Below, one piece after another: positions 29,053 to 38,438 of a stretch of 64,000 bases of DNA. The DNA comes from a bacterium. GTDB lineage: Bacteria > Electryoneota > Electryoneia > Electryoneales > Electryoneaceae. Each line of letters starts with the position of its first letter. The stretch's first letter is position 1. The notes beneath the pieces are model-generated. The model was not told the origin of the DNA. It did no database searches and worked only from the letters and a program-made list of their open reading frames with translations. Location of the stretch: assembly GCA_963669175.1 (NCBI GenBank), contig OY769902.1:768001-832000 (forward strand), given 5' to 3'. A program made the position numbers and the translations under genes.

Positions 29053-29331
29053 GACAAGGCTTAAGCTTTTATTTATAATGGACTTGTTTAATAGGTTTTA
29101 CATAAAAATGGCAACTGTCAAGTAATCCTTGACAGTTCATTTTGGCAATGTACACCACTGATTTTGAACTATTAAGTTTTGCTTGGCCCGGTGTGCTCGC
29201 AACCGGGTAGACGCAGGTCTCACAGGATGGTGGGACAATAGGATTGGAAGGATAAAAAGAAAATTCATTTAGCATGCTTTGTTGTAGGGAGCGAAAAACT
29301 GGAGATACCACGATAGGCCATTTTCGTCCAC

Positions 29332-29373
29332 AATAACTTTATAACCTTCAAACTTTTCAACTTTGTAACTTTC
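29332..29373 (-). repeat. 8-nt-period AAAGTT array (copy B)
   Basis: Minus strand GAAAGTT ACAAAGTT GAAAAGTT TGAAGGTT ATAAAGTT ATT. Confidence 0.7.
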
Positions 29374-29550
29374 AGAATCCCGACAGCAAGCAGTCGGGCC
29401 AGGCGCCACAACTCCATATTTTTTAAATAGTGAATCCGTTTCTGTTGTATTAGGGGCTCTTAACTCTATATTATAATCAAGTCATACTGCAACTCCATTC
29501 CATGTCCCGCATCCAACAGGACGATGCAGGTAACGACCGCGGGAGTGTTT

Positions 29551-32500
29551 ATGCGTACCCTTCAGAATACCCTTTTAGCTGGGTTCATATTCCTTGGTAG
29601 TATTTTCTCTGCACAGGCCATGTATACCCTGTGGGACGCCGACAACGGTGTTCCAATCAGGCAGGCGGCCCACGCGGACTGGATGCCGGGCGGTATGGCC
29701 AGCGACGAAGATGGCAGTGTTCTCGTGGCCTGGTCGGATGCTCGTGGGGGCTCGGTGCAGATTTATGCGCAGCTTTACGGCGCTGACGGTTCCCCGGCAT
29801 GGGATGAAGACCTGCAACTCTCCGGAGACACACGCAGCGAACGTCGGCCCGTGGTTATTTATCTCGGCGATGCGGAGTGGGCGGTAGGCTGGTACGCCTA
29901 CTTTTGCGGGCTGGGTTCGTGTGGAGTTTCCGAGATTCTCCTCCAGAAAATCGACAGTCAGGGCACGATTCTTTGGGAAGAAAACGGGATCAACCTGGTT
30001 GAAGAGCTGGCTATTGAAACCGATATGCGGCTTTTCCCATCCGCTGATGGTGGTGTATTTATTACCTGGCGAAATGATTTCAGGGTGCGTGCGCAAAGGA
30101 TTTCCGACGCAGGCAATCGTGAATGGGGAGACAGCGGCGTTTTGATTAACGATAGTTGGAATCATGGATACGCCACCACGGTAAATACCTCACAAAACTC
30201 ACTGGCGCTGGCGATCAGCTATGATGTTGATAGTCGTCAGCAAGTGTTTATTCAGCAATATGACTGGAATGGTGAGCCGGTTTGGAACGGAGAATATGGG
30301 GTACCGGTTTCCTACGATGAAGATGAACAATATGAGCCGGAAATCATTTCGGATGGAGATAGTGGCTTTATCGTAGCCTGGCACTCCGATCTCACGGGTT
30401 ATCGGGGAATTTATGGCCAGCGTTTCGACAATGGAGGAGATTTCCATTGGGATGAAACGGGCTGCCTGCTTGCCTTTCGTGAAGATGTGGCTTACCAGGA
30501 TATGGATTTGATTACAACTGACAACAACATCATCCTGGGAGCGAAATGGCGTGACGAGGAGAGTACCGACTGGTTGATTCAGCTTCAGAGAATGACCGTA
30601 GACGATCTCGAGCCCATGTTGCACTGGGAAGGTGACGGTAACGAGTGGGCAGGGATTTCACTTACTGTTCACGGTGTAAACTCGCTTGAGATACGTTTGC
30701 TTGATGACGGCGAGAATGGGGTTATTGCGGGATGGTCGGGTTCGATGGAAAATGGTACAACCACCCTGGGATTTCAGCATGTGGATCAGGATGGGGAAAT
30801 CCTGTTCAACACCCCCGTCATTCATTCTCCAACCACATTTTACAATCCACTTCAGCAGGACATTCGCATTTCGGGTGATAACCTTGCCGTTGTAACCTTT
30901 GATCAGAAGCCCGGTAACGGAGCGCTACACCTGGACTGGTATAACAGCACAACGGGACAGCCTTCTGATGTTGAACCTGACACACTTGTCAGCGGGATTT
31001 ATGGCAATGCTTTTGATGCCCGTCTGTATCGTTCCGGCGAAGCCATATTCGCCGCATGGTTGGACCGTCGTGATCTGCTTGATGGTGTAATTCCTTATGT
31101 TTCACGGATAGATCCGGAAACAGGAATGAGCACCTGGGGCCGTGAGTTGCGCTTAATCAACGGAATTCGTGTTGATGACGAGGGCGACAGTCTGTTTATG
31201 GAAGCCGAATCCTTACAGGTCGCGATAGATGGTCAGGGAGGAGGGTTCGCCGTTTGGAGCGCTGTTTCAACCAATTACTTTACCCGAACCCTTTTCGCGC
31301 AACGCTTTGACGAAGATGGCTCTCTATTGTGGGGTGAAGATGGTGTGGCGGTGACTACGGCCGATCCCGACGATTATTTCCATGAATTTGTTAATCCGCG
31401 CGCTGTTGCCACAGAAGATGGTGGCGTGCTTGTTTTCTATTTGCGTTACGGTGATGACTGGTCACTTGAGCTCTATGGCCAGAAACTTGACGAAGACGGC
31501 CAACCGGCGCTGGAGAATCCGAATGGTGTCTTAATTTCCTCGACACGCAATGATCATCTGATTCAGGATGTTGTTTCTCTTTCTGATCATAGCTACCTGT
31601 TGCTCTACAATATCAATTTCGGAGCCGGCAATTCAACCTTGTATGTGCAACGGTATGACCAGAATCTGAATCCACTCTGGGATGCACCAGTTACCCTGTC
31701 AGAGCATACCTGGTCAAACCCATCCGCTAAAGCGCTTGATTTTGGTAATACTGTAATCGTGACCTGGCGAGGAAATGGCGTGGATGATATGCGTCTCTTC
31801 GCCCAGAGGATGACGCCCGATGGCGAGCTGTTATTTGATGCGCCAGAGGCGTTAACCGATATCAATGTGAACCAATTCAGGATCGTGCCGCATGGCCTCT
31901 CTTTCTGGGCAAGCTGGGAAGAGGCGGAGGATGATTATGGCATAGCTGCCATGCGGTATAATTTGCTGGCACGCCCCATGTTGACTTCTATTAACGACGT
32001 TGAAATCGGCGCAGGACATGATGTTGTGGACAGCCCACGCCTGTTCTCGGATCAGGGCGGGGGTGTGTATATCTTCTACGGGGTTCCAGGGGACTACCAG
32101 TACGAAGAAACCTGGTTTACCCACCTAAACGGCGAAGGCGAACTTGCTCTACCGGAATATGGTGATACGGGTGTGCTGCTGACCCCGAACTGGCCGAGTA
32201 CGCATTCCCTGTCCGGTATTCCGGATGGTGAAGGCGGCGTTATTTCGGTGTGGACCGATTTCCGCTCCTCTACCGTACGTGAGCTTTCAGATATTTATGC
32301 CCAGCGGATTAATGATCGGACAGTCGGCGCTGACCACGAGCCTGTCTCCCTGACCCCGGAACAGTATAGGCTTGATCCGGCCTATCCCAACCCGTTTAAT
32401 CCCAGTACAACTCTGCGCTACAGTGTGCCATCCGTCTCGGAACTCCGTTTAACAGTTTCGGACATTCTTGGCAGGACAGTCCGGACGCTGGTGGATGGAA

Positions 32501-32637
32501 GTGTTTCGGCGGGGCAATACCGCGTGACCTGGGACGGTCGTAGTGACGCAGGAAGTGTTGTTGCTTCAGGCATCTATTTTGTTCAGATGCGCACTCCTGC
32601 ACAAACCCTGACACAGAAGCTGGTTTTGGTGAAATAA
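29551..32637 (+). CDS. Large secreted repeat protein with C-terminal FlgD-Ig / T9SS-type sorting domain
   Basis: Signal peptide; repeated DGxGG-hydrophobic-W-x-D-x-R...IYAQR units; C-terminal AYPNPFNPST...WDGRSDAG..VASGIYF..QKLVLVK. Confidence 0.85.
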   Translation: MRTLQNTLLAGFIFLGSIFSAQAMYTLWDADNGVPIRQAAHADWMPGGMASDEDGSVLVAWSDARGGSVQIYAQLYGADGSPAWDEDLQLSGDTRSERRPVVIYLGDAEWAVGWYAYFCGLGSCGVSEILLQKIDSQGTILWEENGINLVEELAIETDMRLFPSADGGVFITWRNDFRVRAQRISDAGNREWGDSGVLINDSWNHGYATTVNTSQNSLALAISYDVDSRQQVFIQQYDWNGEPVWNGEYGVPVSYDEDEQYEPEIISDGDSGFIVAWHSDLTGYRGIYGQRFDNGGDFHWDETGCLLAFREDVAYQDMDLITTDNNIILGAKWRDEESTDWLIQLQRMTVDDLEPMLHWEGDGNEWAGISLTVHGVNSLEIRLLDDGENGVIAGWSGSMENGTTTLGFQHVDQDGEILFNTPVIHSPTTFYNPLQQDIRISGDNLAVVTFDQKPGNGALHLDWYNSTTGQPSDVEPDTLVSGIYGNAFDARLYRSGEAIFAAWLDRRDLLDGVIPYVSRIDPETGMSTWGRELRLINGIRVDDEGDSLFMEAESLQVAIDGQGGGFAVWSAVSTNYFTRTLFAQRFDEDGSLLWGEDGVAVTTADPDDYFHEFVNPRAVATEDGGVLVFYLRYGDDWSLELYGQKLDEDGQPALENPNGVLISSTRNDHLIQDVVSLSDHSYLLLYNINFGAGNSTLYVQRYDQNLNPLWDAPVTLSEHTWSNPSAKALDFGNTVIVTWRGNGVDDMRLFAQRMTPDGELLFDAPEALTDINVNQFRIVPHGLSFWASWEEAEDDYGIAAMRYNLLARPMLTSINDVEIGAGHDVVDSPRLFSDQGGGVYIFYGVPGDYQYEETWFTHLNGEGELALPEYGDTGVLLTPNWPSTHSLSGIPDGEGGVISVWTDFRSSTVRELSDIYAQRINDRTVGADHEPVSLTPEQYRLDPAYPNPFNPSTTLRYSVPSVSELRLTVSDILGRTVRTLVDGSVSAGQYRVTWDGRSDAGSVVASGIYFVQMRTPAQTLTQKLVLVK

Positions 32638-32660
32638 GGAAATACTTCCGGCTCCTTTTT

Positions 32661-32699
32661 GGTTCAAAAGTTCAAAAGTTGGAAAGTTCCAAAGTTATT
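32661..32699 (+). repeat. 8-nt-period AAAGTT array (copy C)
   Basis: GGTT CAAAAGTT CAAAAGTT GGAAAGTT CCAAAGTT ATT. Confidence 0.7.
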
Positions 32700-32753
32700 C
32701 AATACAAGTTGTTTATCCTGGCCATCATTCCCTATCATGTTCATCCTGTGAAT

Positions 32754-32780
32754 AAAAAAAGCGCTGCCGAAGCAGCGCTT
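32754..32780 (-). terminator. Intrinsic terminator for rpsA-mtaB-peptidase operon
   Basis: AAGCGCTGC-cgaa-GCAGCGCTT hairpin with A7 (T-run on minus strand). Confidence 0.7.
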
Positions 32781-32842
32781 GAAGACTCAATGCTATCAGA
32801 ACCACAGTAAATCATTCACCGTGGATTTTCACCCTCAAAAGA

Positions 32843-34006
32843 TCACTCCACACCCTTGGCATGGTTGGTCACCATCGCGCCGACCAGGCTGACCGCGTCT
32901 TCCATGTCGCTGATCTTGCACCATTCCTTGGTGGAGTGGACATCCTGCATACCGACACCGATCACGAGGCAGGGAATGCCCTTGTGGGTCAGTACGCTAC
33001 CGTCAGTCCCGCCGCCGCCGATCTTCTGTTCCATCTCCCAGCCCAGGTCTTTACCTGCTGCCAGAGCGAGACGGACCACATAGTCCTCTTCGGAGAAACG
33101 GGTGGCGTGGTAATCTTCGCCGATATCCTTGATGAACTTCGGCACTTCGGTCTCGCCATGCTTTTCACGATATTCACGGCAGACATCTTCGAAGCAGTCG
33201 ATCATATGCTGAATCTGCTTCTCCAGCTTTTCCGGGCTGTGGCTGCGAGCTTCCGCGCTCATTTCCACTTCTTCAGTCACGATGTTGGAGGCACGTCCAC
33301 CCTTGATCACGCCGATGTTACAGGTCGTCTCGTCATCAATCCGGCCCATGTTCATCCGTGCGATGGCTTCCGAGGTCACCTTGATCGCGCTGATACCCTT
33401 TTCCGGTTCCACACCAGCATGTGCAGCCTTGCCGATGACACGGAAATTCATGCGTGTGGCGGACGGACTGCCGATGGTCATACCCTTGGGGTCGTGGTCA
33501 TCCAGGATAAATCCTGCAATGGCCTTGAATTTGGCTGTGTCAACATACTTTGCGCCGAGCAGGCCGATTTCTTCGCAGATATGGATGGAGAATTCCAGGT
33601 CCGGACGGGGAACATCCGGCTGCGCCTTCGCCATACGGACAAGGTTCAAGATGACAGCAATACCGGACTTGTCATCGCTACCCAGGATGGTGTCGCCCTG
33701 GGAACGGATGATGCCATCTTCCACGACAGGCTTGATCCCGCGTGCCGGTTCGACAGTGTCCATGTGTGCGCTGAACATCAAGGGTTTTACGGCATTGGTG
33801 TTGCCCGGGAAACGGACAAACAGGTTCCCCGTATTACCGCCGACTTTTTCTCCGGCATTGTCTTCTTCGACTTCGCATCCCAGTTCGGTGAACTTGGCCT
33901 TCAGCCAGTCAGCCATGGCCCGTTCATCTTTTGACGGACTGTCGATCTGCACCATTTCCAGAAAATCTTCAAGCAGCTTGTCGCCGATTACTTTAAACTC
34001 ACTCAT
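32843..34006 (-). CDS. M20 family peptidase T-like metallopeptidase
   Basis: SAHMDTV, LGSDDKSG, EEIGLLGA, GKAAHAG, GGGTDG, VHSTKE. Confidence 0.92.
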   Translation of the reverse strand: MSEFKVIGDKLLEDFLEMVQIDSPSKDERAMADWLKAKFTELGCEVEEDNAGEKVGGNTGNLFVRFPGNTNAVKPLMFSAHMDTVEPARGIKPVVEDGIIRSQGDTILGSDDKSGIAVILNLVRMAKAQPDVPRPDLEFSIHICEEIGLLGAKYVDTAKFKAIAGFILDDHDPKGMTIGSPSATRMNFRVIGKAAHAGVEPEKGISAIKVTSEAIARMNMGRIDDETTCNIGVIKGGRASNIVTEEVEMSAEARSHSPEKLEKQIQHMIDCFEDVCREYREKHGETEVPKFIKDIGEDYHATRFSEEDYVVRLALAAGKDLGWEMEQKIGGGGTDGSVLTHKGIPCLVIGVGMQDVHSTKEWCKISDMEDAVSLVGAMVTNHAKGVE

Positions 34007-35378
34007 GCTTGAGCCCCTCTGCCAGTACTATGTCCTCGTCTGCTTGTATCTCAAGCAAACGTACTTTTGTTCTATGCCTGGGGGGAGCGGGTTCGGTTAA
34101 TTGTACACGCAAATAGTTGCGTGTATACCCGTTCCGTCCATTCTCTTCAACTAAAACCTCTGCAATCGAGCCAACAGCGGATTGCAGGTGAGCACGTTTC
34201 CGTCTCCTGCCCTCTTCCCTGAGTCGTGAAGCACGGTTATGGATAGTCTCGAAGTCAATCTGAGGAGTCATTTGCGCGGCAATTGTGCCGGGCCGGGGAG
34301 AATACGGAAAAACGTGCAGGTAGTGTAACGGCGCAGTATCAAGGAAAGCAAGTGTTCTCCGGTGTGCGCTCTCGGTTTCGCCGGGTAAACCCGCAATTAC
34401 ATCTGCTCCAATCGTCAACTGCGGACGATTTTCTCTCAAGACGGCCAGGGTTTCAATCAGCCTGTCGATGTCCATCTCGCGCCCCATGAGCGTCAACAGC
34501 TCCGGATCTGCGGTTTGCAGGGAAAGGTGCAGGTGTTCACACCAGGCTTCAACATCTGCCAGTTTCCGGGCGCGTTCCGGGGTCAGTTCCCAGGGTTCCA
34601 GGCTGGACAGGCGGATACGTGGCAACCCTTCATCGTCGGCCATTCGGACCAGGTCCACAAAATCCAGCTTGATGCCAAGATCCTTGCCCCAAGCTGCCAG
34701 ATCCACCCCGGTCAACACCACCTCCTCGAACCCGGAAAGCTTGATCCGTTGCAGGGCGGCACGGACCTGGTCGGGCGCAACACTGCGTGAAGAACCACGT
34801 ACAAGTGTAACAGCACAATAGGCACACTGATGATCACACCCGTCCTGCACCTTCAGAAACGCGCGTGAACGTCCGGAAACACGTGTTCCCACACTTGCCA
34901 GCACACGATTTTGCTTGCCGCTGACTTCTACCAGTGGCGTTTTCGAACGTGACGGCAGGTGGTTGTCGTTGAGGTTCAGGTCCAATGCCGGGAGATAGTC
35001 AAAAACAAAGGCTTTCTCTTCCACCCCCAGCACGGCATCCACTTCGCCTTCTTCGACCAGTTCATCTGCTGCGCGTCCGGCGAAACAACCAACCGCCAGG
35101 ATAACCGCGTTCGGGTTTTCACGTCTTGCCCGGTGAATCAACTTCCGGCTGGCACGGTCCGCGCGTCCGGTTACCGTACAAGTGTTGATGTAAAACAGGT
35201 CCGCGCCATCGGTAAAACGTCCGACAGTCCACCCGCGCTGGGTAAACTGTTCAGCCATACCATCCGTCTCGGCCTGATTAAGCCGACAGCCCACTGTCGC
35301 AAAGGCAACAGTGGGCTGTACGGTATCACTTCCGGAATCAGGAGATTCGACCGGGGAGGCGTTGTTCGCTTCCCTCAT
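33999..35378 (-). CDS. mtaB: tRNA t6A37 methylthiotransferase MtaB (radical SAM)
   Basis: TVGCRLNQAE, INTCTVT, KVQDGCDHQCAYC, HVFPYSPRPGT, GYTRNYLRV; ATG 35378 directly after rpsA stop. Confidence 0.88.
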   Translation of the reverse strand: MREANNASPVESPDSGSDTVQPTVAFATVGCRLNQAETDGMAEQFTQRGWTVGRFTDGADLFYINTCTVTGRADRASRKLIHRARRENPNAVILAVGCFAGRAADELVEEGEVDAVLGVEEKAFVFDYLPALDLNLNDNHLPSRSKTPLVEVSGKQNRVLASVGTRVSGRSRAFLKVQDGCDHQCAYCAVTLVRGSSRSVAPDQVRAALQRIKLSGFEEVVLTGVDLAAWGKDLGIKLDFVDLVRMADDEGLPRIRLSSLEPWELTPERARKLADVEAWCEHLHLSLQTADPELLTLMGREMDIDRLIETLAVLRENRPQLTIGADVIAGLPGETESAHRRTLAFLDTAPLHYLHVFPYSPRPGTIAAQMTPQIDFETIHNRASRLREEGRRRKRAHLQSAVGSIAEVLVEENGRNGYTRNYLRVQLTEPAPPRHRTKVRLLEIQADEDIVLAEGLKHE

Positions 35379-35385
35379 GTCGGGC

Positions 35386-37527
35386 TCACTCTTCCTTGTT
35401 GTCTTCTGCATCCGTGGTATCGGCTTCCTCGGTTTCTTCAACCTGCGGTTCTTCTACCGGAGCTTCTTCTACCACTTCTTCTTCTTCGGCTTGTTCTTCC
35501 GCCTTGGCTTTCTTCTTGTCTTCCTTGGCGTCGCTCTTCTTGTCGGCCTTTTCCTGCTGCTGGGCGGCACGCAGTTCCTTCAACAGCGGGTTGTCCTCGT
35601 CCAGAGTGTCCATCAAAGTGGTCTTGGTACGGGAACCCTTGCCAACATAGGCTGCTGTCTGGGAGCGTTCTTCCTTCTCTTCCGCCTGTGTATTGGACAG
35701 GACTGCCTTGTGCTCGTTGCTGTCAAACTCGAGCAGCATAAGCTTCATGACATCGCCGACCTGAACATTGCGCTTCTTGCCGTCGAAGTACTTGCGCGAA
35801 ATCTGGCTGTTCGGGACAAAGCCTTCGATCTTGTGCGGCAGTTCAACCAACACGCCCTTGTCGATGACACGGGTAACCGAACCGCTGGTCTTGCCACCTT
35901 CCTTGATTTCACGTTCGAACAGCTCCCAGGGATTCTCTTCAAGCTGCTTGAAGCCGAGGGCGATACGACGTTCGTTGCGGTCGAAATCGAGGATAATGAT
36001 GTCGATTTCCTGGCCCTTCTTCAGGACTTCGCCGGGATGACGGACCTTCTTGGTCCAGGAGAGGTCGCTGATATGAATCAGGCCGTCGATGTTGTCCTCG
36101 AGTTCCACAAATGCGCCGAATGGGACCAGGTCACGGACGGTGCCCTTGTGACGGGTGCCGACACGGTACTTGGCTTCGAAGGTCTGCCACGGATCTTCCT
36201 CGACCTGCTTGAGGCCCAGGCTGATTTTGCGGTTTTCTTTGTCGATGTTCAGAATCATGACCTGGACAAAGTCGCCTTCGTGTACGATCTGGCTGGGATG
36301 GCGGACATGCTGTGTCCAGCTCATCTCGCTGATGTGGATAAGGCCTTCGATACCGGGTTCGATCTCGACAAAGGCGCCGTACTTGGCAAGGCTGACCACC
36401 TGGCCCTGAACTTTCTGGCCCACGGTGTATTTCCTGTCGATCTCGTCCCACAGGTGGGCGTAAAGCTGCTTGAGACCGAGGCTGATCCGCTTCCGGTCTT
36501 CGTCGTAGTTGAGCACCTTGACCTTGATCTTCTGATCAAGCTGGACAACTTCGCTCGGGTGGGTAACACGGCCCCAGGAGAGGTCGGTGATGTGCAACAG
36601 GCCGTCAACGCCGCCCAGGTCGACAAATACGCCGAAGTCGGTGATATTCTTGACAGTACCTTCGAGGACGTCGCCAACCTGCAGGCTGTTAAGCAGCTTT
36701 TCGCGGACTTCGCGCAGCCCTTCCTCGACCAGGACCTTGTGGCTGATGACCACGTTTTTGCGAAGGTCGTTGATCTTCAGGATGCGGAATTCCATCTCTT
36801 CGCCGATCAGGGATTCGAAATCGCGGATCGGACGGACATCGATCTGGCTGCCCGGCAGGAATGCGTCCACGCCGCCCAGGTCGACTACCATACCGCCCTT
36901 GATGCGGCGGGTGCAACGGCCCTTGATGATGCCGTCGTTTTCGTAGACTGCACGGACCCGTTCCCAGACCCGCATGAAGTCTGCTTTCTTCTTGGACAGC
37001 AGGAGCTGCCCTTCGCTATCCTCGACGGTGTCGAGGTAAACATCTATCGTATCGCCGACACTCAGGTTCTTGGGATCATCGAACTCTTCGATCAGGACGG
37101 TGCCTTCGGACTTGAAGCCGATGTCAACGGCCACTTCCTTGTCACCGATGGCGATGATCTTACCGGTTACGATTGTCCCCTCACGGATCTCGGTGAGAGT
37201 GTCTTCGTAAAGTGCAGCTTGAGCGGCAAATTCTTCGTCGGAATACTCATCGTCGGAAGGCAGGTCTTCGAGCTTGATGAACTTTTCGCCATTGCGGATT
37301 TCGATCTTGTCTTTGATCGTCGCGGTGGCGTCGGGCTCTTCCGAGATTTCCTGCACATTGCTGGTGTCTCGATCACTGCCGGCGTGCTTGTCTTTTTCGC
37401 TGGGTTCCGCAGCAGCCTTTTCTTCTACCGGTTCTGCGGGTTTGGTTTCTTCGGCCTTCTCTTCTGTGGCCACGTTTTCTGTTTCCGCGTTTTCAGCGGC
37501 AGTCTGGTTTTTTACCTCTTCACTCAT
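35386..37527 (-). CDS. rpsA: 30S ribosomal protein S1 with acidic N- and C-terminal extensions
   Basis: Six S1 repeats (DIGFKSEG, FLPGSQID, DGLLHITDLSW, EGLIHISEMSW, DGLIHISDLSW); GAGGTG RBS. Confidence 0.97.
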   Translation of the reverse strand: MSEEVKNQTAAENAETENVATEEKAEETKPAEPVEEKAAAEPSEKDKHAGSDRDTSNVQEISEEPDATATIKDKIEIRNGEKFIKLEDLPSDDEYSDEEFAAQAALYEDTLTEIREGTIVTGKIIAIGDKEVAVDIGFKSEGTVLIEEFDDPKNLSVGDTIDVYLDTVEDSEGQLLLSKKKADFMRVWERVRAVYENDGIIKGRCTRRIKGGMVVDLGGVDAFLPGSQIDVRPIRDFESLIGEEMEFRILKINDLRKNVVISHKVLVEEGLREVREKLLNSLQVGDVLEGTVKNITDFGVFVDLGGVDGLLHITDLSWGRVTHPSEVVQLDQKIKVKVLNYDEDRKRISLGLKQLYAHLWDEIDRKYTVGQKVQGQVVSLAKYGAFVEIEPGIEGLIHISEMSWTQHVRHPSQIVHEGDFVQVMILNIDKENRKISLGLKQVEEDPWQTFEAKYRVGTRHKGTVRDLVPFGAFVELEDNIDGLIHISDLSWTKKVRHPGEVLKKGQEIDIIILDFDRNERRIALGFKQLEENPWELFEREIKEGGKTSGSVTRVIDKGVLVELPHKIEGFVPNSQISRKYFDGKKRNVQVGDVMKLMLLEFDSNEHKAVLSNTQAEEKEERSQTAAYVGKGSRTKTTLMDTLDEDNPLLKELRAAQQQEKADKKSDAKEDKKKAKAEEQAEEEEVVEEAPVEEPQVEETEEADTTDAEDNKEE

Positions 37528-38044
37528 GTCTAACACCTCTCAGGCATCTGACAATGCGGCCTATGCCACACCGGGGTTGATGGGGGCGAAGTACGGGAAT
37601 CGACCGAGCGGACACTTCCAACAGGCGGGACCGGCACGACGGGGATGCCAAACCGTGACCGGGGTTACCGTCCGCGACTGCTACAGAACGCCAGTTTCAT
37701 CTGCAGGGGATGAAATGTGCCTGTACAGCCCGTTCAACGCCTTCTTGACAACACGTTCTTTCCGCCAACCCTGCAAGTCGGGCGACAACAGAAAGATATG
37801 GTTTTGTAGAACCTTGCCCCCTGTCGCAAAGGGGCCTTTCTCCTTGCATCTAACGACAAGTAGCCCGGCCCCATCATGGAACCGGGTTGCTAACAAACTT
37901 CAATATAGAGATAACAGAAGGAGAGGTCCAGTGTTAGCGCTGCTGAACGGCCAGAACTGTGGCTCTCGGAGGCTATGCAGGTAAAGAAGGTAAAAAACGT
38001 AAAAAAAGTAGCCCGGCCATGCTTGGCCGTGGATGATATTTGCA

Positions 38045-38083
38045 TGTTGTAAAGTTTGAAGGTATTAAAGTTGAAAAGTTATT
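38045..38083 (+). repeat. 8-nt-period AAAGTT array (copy D)
   Basis: TGTT GTAAAGTT TGAAGGTA TTAAAGTT GAAAAGTT ATT; preceded by GTAGCCCGGCCA..TGGCCG hairpin. Confidence 0.65.
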
Positions 38084-38117
38084 AAAAAACAATACACAAG
38101 ATAGAAAAATTGGATGC

Positions 38118-38438
38118 TCACAAGAACTTGTGCATGCTATCGAAGAGCATGTTTCGTCAGGTCTTGAGGTGATGCCTTTTTCTTGTTTTTCTACGTAAGC
38201 AAAGACAATTTTACGACTTCACACTTGCTATTTCACACGATAGATCGTAATCAGGCATCACGTTGTGACCTGACGACGGCGAGAATGCTGATACCGGTGG
38301 CAGGTCACAACGCGACAATAACCGGGCGAAAGATGGCTTCAGTATCATCGTGCATTCAGGAAAACATAGCGAAAGCTAAAGACGGGATGTCGCGTCAAGA
38401 CCTGCCACAACTTTGCCCGGATGCACAAATTCTATTGA
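38118..38438. mobile_element. 320-bp MITE-like element, copy 2 (inverted relative to 17939-18258)
   Basis: Colinear reverse-complement match over the full length; TIRs TCACAAGAACTTGTGCAT / ATGCACAAATTCTATTGA. Confidence 0.85.

Noticed and set aside
35311-37533. 740-aa + strand ORF antisense to rpsA
   Set aside because: Codon-aligned shadow of a highly biased gene, with no motifs. Similar shadows occur over the M20 peptidase (32861-33934) and gcvPB (25226-26146).
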